32,000 nt of DNA, from the NCBI RefSeq assembly GCF_014280175.1, contig NZ_CP047931.1, positions 390,001-422,000 on the forward strand, written 5' to 3'. The stretch's first letter is position 1, and each line of letters begins with the position of its first letter. Made by a program: the position numbers and the translations under genes. The stretch is from Synechococcus sp. A15-28 (GTDB lineage Bacteria; Cyanobacteriota; Cyanobacteriia; PCC-6307; Cyanobiaceae). A model generated the notes under the pieces. It ran no database searches. It saw only the letters and a list, made by a program, of their open reading frames with translations, and was not told the DNA's origin. Shown here in pieces: positions 27,516 through 32,000 of the stretch.

Positions 27516-28819
27516 CGCTCCCGCAACCACCTGGACAACCAACCGAAGCCCACCAGCCCGTCGCGGAGGCGGCGTAGAGCGGTACGGGTTTTGTGCCGTT
27601 TGCGCTGACTGGAGCGCGCCCCGGCGCTGCTCAGCATGCGTCGGCCACCATGGCGAAGGGCGTAGGTCTGCCACTGGCGACTACCCCAGCTGCCTGGACC
27701 CAGGCCCTCGGTGGGCAACGGGGAACGCTCCTGATGGAGTCGCTCCAACAGGGCGGTGAGGAAGGTTTCGCGGCCCTGGGGCTGGAGGCCACTGCGTTGA
27801 AGCCATTCCACCCTGTGGCTTGGGGTGAACGGATCACGGGTGATAGAGGCAAAGTCCGCCACGGCACCCGAATCGGCGAAAAAGTGATTACCAAGGGTCT
27901 CGGTGACGCCGAGATCGCCAACGATGCGGGTACTGATGCCCAGGGCCATGGCTTCAAGGGCTGCGGTGGAGGACACGGTGATGGCGCAGCCGCACTGCCG
28001 TAGCAGGCGGGTGGCTGGTTTGAAGCTGAGCTGCAAGTTGGGCACCGTTTCGCTCATGCGTTCGATCACGCCGGCCATCTCACCGTGGCGCCGGTGCAAG
28101 GTGCTTTCGATGCTGGAGGTGCGCGGCTTGAAAATCACCGGATGATCAGGCCAGGCTTCCGCCAGGGCCTTGAGCTGCTTGCAGATGTAGCGCCGTTGCA
28201 GCGGGTGGGCAGGTATCGAGGGCTGCTCGAAGAACACGATCGACGGTTGGTCCGGTGCGGCTCGATGGGGGTCGGCATTCCAGAGCAAAGGCAGGCCCGT
28301 CACCACAGCGTTGTCGCTGGACAGCCCCAAGGCATGCCGGCCGAGCTGATAGGTGCTGAGGTCCTGTTCACTGTTGAGGCAAAGAAGATCGGCGCCGGAA
28401 CGGTCCAGCATTCCCTCGAGGGCAAAGCGAAACAGGATCCCCGGATAGGCGCTGACCAGAACAGGCCGATCCGTGCGGCCACTCCATTCCTTGGCGAGCA
28501 TCAAAAGTGCATCACGGCTGCGCAGGCCGTCCAACCCCAGAATCAGCACATCCACATCGCCGGCCATGGCGGCCGTCAGGCTTCGGAAGTCACCCCAAGC
28601 ACCCTTTTTCACCGCGGTGCGGCGGTCGGTGCGGTGGATTTCCAGCCTCTGGCGGCGAGACAGGGCCCGGTTCGAAACCTGCAACAGATGCAATGTGGTT
28701 TCGGCGCCCTCTTTGCGGCAGGCGGCAAGCAGGGTCATAGCCACCTTGCCGAAGGAATCGAAGCAGGCGACGGCTGCCACTTTTCGGCCAGAAAGGCGCT
28801 TGTCGGCAGCGGGCGCCAT
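27512..28819 (-). CDS. Putative glycosyltransferase-like protein, DUF6716-like, paralogue 3 of 3
   Basis: HPVIFKPRTSSIESTLH ... CAITVSSTAALEAMALGISTRIVGDLGVTETLGNHFFADSGAV; internal start MAPAADKRLSGRK chosen because it follows the neuA stop. Confidence 0.65.
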   Translation of the reverse strand: MAPAADKRLSGRKVAAVACFDSFGKVAMTLLAACRKEGAETTLHLLQVSNRALSRRQRLEIHRTDRRTAVKKGAWGDFRSLTAAMAGDVDVLILGLDGLRSRDALLMLAKEWSGRTDRPVLVSAYPGILFRFALEGMLDRSGADLLCLNSEQDLSTYQLGRHALGLSSDNAVVTGLPLLWNADPHRAAPDQPSIVFFEQPSIPAHPLQRRYICKQLKALAEAWPDHPVIFKPRTSSIESTLHRRHGEMAGVIERMSETVPNLQLSFKPATRLLRQCGCAITVSSTAALEAMALGISTRIVGDLGVTETLGNHFFADSGAVADFASITRDPFTPSHRVEWLQRSGLQPQGRETFLTALLERLHQERSPLPTEGLGPGSWGSRQWQTYALRHGGRRMLSSAGARSSQRKRHKTRTALRRLRDGLVGFGWLSRWLRER

Positions 28820-28845
28820 CGTCGGGCTCCGGGATTCCGGCAAAA

Positions 28846-29526
28846 CTAACCGGGGGTGAGAGCTGCAAGGCTGCGACACAGGGCCAGATCAGCCGGTGTG
28901 TCGATCTCCGGCCCCGAGTCCTCTATCACCACCGGTTGCCAGGGGGCACAGAAGCGGCTGCCTTCGGCGCGGAAACAGTCAATGCTCATGGCGTAGATCG
29001 CACCGGTTTCAAGAAAGGCTGGCTCCAGGTCCTGCCGGCGCTGGCGCGGTTGCTGGGGGTCGTGGTTGATCCCGCAGCCGTCATGGCGCCAGAGGAAGCC
29101 ATGCCAAGGGGCCACCGCAAAGCTGCTGTTGATGCCCGGGGTCGCCAGAGCCGCCAACACCTTGTCGATCTGTGCCCCGGTGGTGAAGGGGGAGGTGCAC
29201 TGCAGGAACACCAGCTGCTGGGGGAGTGCTCCCTGCTGTTCCAGAGTCTCCAGGGCATGGAGAAGGGCTGATTCGGAGCTGGCGGTGTCTTCAGCGATGG
29301 CTGCCGGACGGCGTACCACCTCGGCCCCATGGGTCCGGGCCTCCTCGGCGATGGCGTCAGCATCGGTGCTGACCACCACCCGCTCCACCCTGCGGCTGGC
29401 CAGGGCCGCCTGCACGCAGCGCGCTACCAGGGAGAAACCACCAACCATCTGCAGGTTCTTGCCAGGAATGCCCTTGGAGCCGCCCCGCGCTGGAATCAAA
29501 GCCAGGGCTCCAGGGGACGCGGTCAT
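28846..29526 (-). CDS. neuA: Cytidylyltransferase (CMP-nonulosonate/CMP-sialate synthetase-like)
   Basis: ALIPARGGSKGIPGKNLQMVGGFSLVARCVQAAL, VVVSTDADAIAEEA, LQCTSPF, IDTPADL; start at internal ATG 29526. Confidence 0.88.
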   Translation of the reverse strand: MTASPGALALIPARGGSKGIPGKNLQMVGGFSLVARCVQAALASRRVERVVVSTDADAIAEEARTHGAEVVRRPAAIAEDTASSESALLHALETLEQQGALPQQLVFLQCTSPFTTGAQIDKVLAALATPGINSSFAVAPWHGFLWRHDGCGINHDPQQPRQRRQDLEPAFLETGAIYAMSIDCFRAEGSRFCAPWQPVVIEDSGPEIDTPADLALCRSLAALTPG

Positions 29527-29558
29527 CGGAGAGGATTTAGTTCGTTCCCTCCTACCCG

Positions 29559-31544
29559 ATGATTCAGCGCTTCGGGGTGCCGGAGACCGGTCTGCTGGCT
29601 CACCGGACCGTGCCGGCGTTGCTGGCTCCGGCCCAGTTGCTGCGCGGACGTCGCAGGGATGTGGAGGCGTTGCTGGCCTGGGGGCGTCGACCCAGTGCCC
29701 AGCGGGTGGAGCGACTGGGGCGTCGTTGGCAGCTGCCGGTGTGGCATCTGGAGGATGGTCTGTTGCGATCATTGGCCAAGGGCCGCCAGCATCCGCCGCT
29801 GGCGCTGTTGGTGGATGACCTGGGGGTCCACTTCGATGCCAGCCAGCCCAGCCGGATGGAGCAGCGGATCCAGCGACCGCTGACCCCTGCACAACACAGC
29901 CGTGCCTGTGAACTTCAGCAGCGGTGGTGCGCTCAGCGGTTGAGCAAGCTCAACCCAGCCCGAGAATCACCGGCTCCAGCCGAGCCGTTTGTGCTGGTGG
30001 TGGACCAGTCCGCCGGAGACCTGTCCATCGGCCTTGGGCAGGCCGGGCCGGAGAGCTTCCGGCGCATGTTGCAGGAGGCGCTGCGGGATCAGACGGACTG
30101 TCTGGTGGTGGTGAAGGTGCACCCGGATGTGATCCGGGGCCGCGCCCGGGGCCATTTCCGCCGTCAGGATCTGCAGCACCCGCGCATCCGCCTCTGCGCT
30201 GACGGATTGCACCCTGCCGCCCTGTTAGAGCAGGCCCAGGCGGTGTATGTGGTGACCTCCCAGATGGGGTTTGAGGCGCTGTTGTGGGGACGGACCGTCC
30301 ACTGCTTCGGCATGCCTTTTTATGCCGGGTGGGGACTCACCGTGGATCGTTTGCCGGCTCCGGCCCGTCGGGGAGCGTCGGTGCCGTTGGCGGCGGTGGT
30401 GCATGCGGCGCTGGTGGAGGGCACCCGCTGCGTGGACCCCCATCGGCATCAACCCTGTCAGATCGAGACGCTGATGGACGCCATCGGCCTGCAACGTCGG
30501 CAGCAGGGGGCGGATCCCCTGCGGGTGCAGGCCTTTGGCTTCACTCCATGGAAGCAACGCAGCCTCAAGCGCTTTCTGGCCGGCAGTGAGCTGCGCTTTC
30601 GCCTGCCGCGGGCGCTGCCGGGGCCGCGGGCGGAGGCCGTGGCGGTGTGGGGCCGGCGGGCTCGACCGCGTCTGCTGGCGACGGCGCGCCGTCGGGGGCT
30701 GCCGCTGCTGCATGTGGAGGACGGTTTCCTGCGCTCGGTGGGCCTGGGGGCCGATCTGATCGACCCCATCTCCTGGGTGGTGGACCGCCGCGGCATGTAT
30801 TACGACGCCACGGAGGCCAGCGATCTGGAGCAGCGGCTGGCCACAGGAATCTGGAGTGAGCCGCAGTTGCAGCGGGCCGAGGCCTTGCGCCAGCAGCTGG
30901 TGGCGCAGGCCATCACCAAATACAACCTCCCAGGGGGCGGATGGCAGCGCCCCGACGCTGCCAGGCGGGTGGTGCTGGTGGTGGGGCAGGTGGAAAGCGA
31001 CGCTTCCATCCGCTATGGCGCTCCGGGGCACTCCAGCAACCTGGCACTGCTGCAGGCGGTGCGTGCGGCGGAACCGGAAGCGTTCCTGGTGTACAAACCC
31101 CATCCCGACGTGGTGGCGGGTCTCTGCCGCTCCGGTGATGGGGAGCAGCGGGCGGCCCAGGTATGCGACTGCTTGCTGCGCGATGGCTCGATCCATGCCC
31201 TGTTTGAGCAGGTGGATGCCCTGCATGTGCTCACCTCCCTGGCAGGGTTTGAGGCGCTGTTGCGGGGAGTGGAGGTGCATTGCTGGGGACTGCCCTTTTA
31301 TGCGGGTTGGGGGCTGACCCAGGATCGGTTGTCCTCGCCCCGGCGGGGCCGGTCGCTGCCTTTGGCGGCGTTGGTGCATGCCGCCTTGATTGATTACCCC
31401 CGCTACGTCAGCCGCCGCAGCGGTTGGTTCATCACTCCAGAGCAAGCCATTGAGGAGCTAGTGGCATGGCGGGATGCACCTCCAGCCCGCCGCACCCTGG
31501 TGCAGGCCCTGTTCCGACACTGGGGGCGTCTGTTCAATCGTTAG
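29559..31544 (+). CDS. kpsC: KpsC-type capsular polysaccharide beta-Kdo transferase (duplicated domains)
   Basis: Two tandem homologous halves: VTSQMGFEALLWGRTVHCFGMPFYAGWGLTVDRLPAPARRG and LTSLAGFEALLRGVEVHCWGLPFYAGWGLTQDRLSSPRRG, plus VVDQSAGDLSIGLG and VVGQVESDASIRYGAPG. Confidence 0.92.
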   Translation: MIQRFGVPETGLLAHRTVPALLAPAQLLRGRRRDVEALLAWGRRPSAQRVERLGRRWQLPVWHLEDGLLRSLAKGRQHPPLALLVDDLGVHFDASQPSRMEQRIQRPLTPAQHSRACELQQRWCAQRLSKLNPARESPAPAEPFVLVVDQSAGDLSIGLGQAGPESFRRMLQEALRDQTDCLVVVKVHPDVIRGRARGHFRRQDLQHPRIRLCADGLHPAALLEQAQAVYVVTSQMGFEALLWGRTVHCFGMPFYAGWGLTVDRLPAPARRGASVPLAAVVHAALVEGTRCVDPHRHQPCQIETLMDAIGLQRRQQGADPLRVQAFGFTPWKQRSLKRFLAGSELRFRLPRALPGPRAEAVAVWGRRARPRLLATARRRGLPLLHVEDGFLRSVGLGADLIDPISWVVDRRGMYYDATEASDLEQRLATGIWSEPQLQRAEALRQQLVAQAITKYNLPGGGWQRPDAARRVVLVVGQVESDASIRYGAPGHSSNLALLQAVRAAEPEAFLVYKPHPDVVAGLCRSGDGEQRAAQVCDCLLRDGSIHALFEQVDALHVLTSLAGFEALLRGVEVHCWGLPFYAGWGLTQDRLSSPRRGRSLPLAALVHAALIDYPRYVSRRSGWFITPEQAIEELVAWRDAPPARRTLVQALFRHWGRLFNR

Positions 31545-32000
31545 ATGTTGTACTTAGTGCGACTATTTATAACGAATTTTTATAGGGTCTATTAGTTAGT
31601 TGATCGTCGACAAGGTTTTCTTCTTCTGCTTGTGGTGCTCTTTTGTTGTGAATTGTTGGCGTCGGGGTGTCTCGCGTCATTCAGATTTGCGGAAATGTCT
31701 GTCAATGTTGCTGCTTTAGGCGTGGCGAATGGCTAGAGGGGATATGCATCGAGATTGTTTAGTTGGTGCCAGAGAAATTTCTTTCAAGGAATCTGCGGAA
31801 TAATTTCCACTCTTCTTCTGTGAAAAAGGTGTGGCATTTGATGGCAAGATCAAGGCCACGTTCATTTAGTCTGGGGTTTGGGTTTTTGTTGCTGATTTTG
31901 AGTCTTGGGTCAGTGGATAGATTTTTGGCTTGTTCTGGTAACATTGCATTAAGTAAGTTCCTAAAATACTGTTGTGGCTGTTGGTTATTGCTTACAAGCT

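Noticed and set aside
29066-29818. 250-aa plus-strand ORF opposite neuA, and the N-terminal 122 aa of the minus ORF 28846..29892
   Set aside because: Shadow of neuA and of kpsC respectively; the true neuA start is the ATG at 29526 directly before ALIPARGGSKG.
30225-31445. 406-aa minus-strand ORF opposite kpsC
   Set aside because: Shadow ORF in very GC-rich DNA; low-complexity His/Gln/Arg-rich translation with no recognisable domain, while the plus strand has a clear KpsC.
1-32000. CRISPR array, rRNA or tRNA genes
   Set aside because: No regularly spaced direct repeats, no recognisable tRNA cloverleaf/GTTCRA motifs or rRNA segments seen by eye; a tRNAscan or CRISPR finder run would settle it.

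Overview
The window looks like an accessory region from a cyanobacterium, probably marine Synechococcus-like; this is inferred from small-protein families and gene content, with no database search. The left third (1-13 kb) is a loose patchwork of small, mostly hypothetical ORFs. Among them are a truncated DUF1517-like protein, an ABM-like monooxygenase fold, a cupin, a 2OG-Fe(II) oxygenase-like protein, a metzincin-type metalloprotease with HELGHLLGLEH, short dispersed repeats, a frameshifted tyrosine integrase and an SDR oxidoreductase. From 29.5 kb down to 14.9 kb almost everything lies on the minus strand in a tightly packed directon, with six 4-nt ATGA stop/start overlaps. It runs: neuA-like cytidylyltransferase, three diverged glycosyltransferase-like paralogues, a CBS-NeuB-SAF-TIM-barrel fusion, three sulfotransferases, an AEC-family transporter, then a three-gene overlapping module. 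That last module is a lipoprotein solute-binding protein, a stand-alone membrane dCache-like sensor and a sensor-class III nucleotidyl cyclase. kpsC (duplicated-domain capsule Kdo transferase) diverges at 29.56 kb. The strongest candidate for an undescribed system is the SBP / dCache / cyclase module: no ABC permease or ATPase is visible and the middle protein has no output domain. The second is the nonulosonate-type, possibly sulfated, surface polysaccharide cluster with its multi-domain NeuB fusion and triplicated glycosyltransferase-like family.
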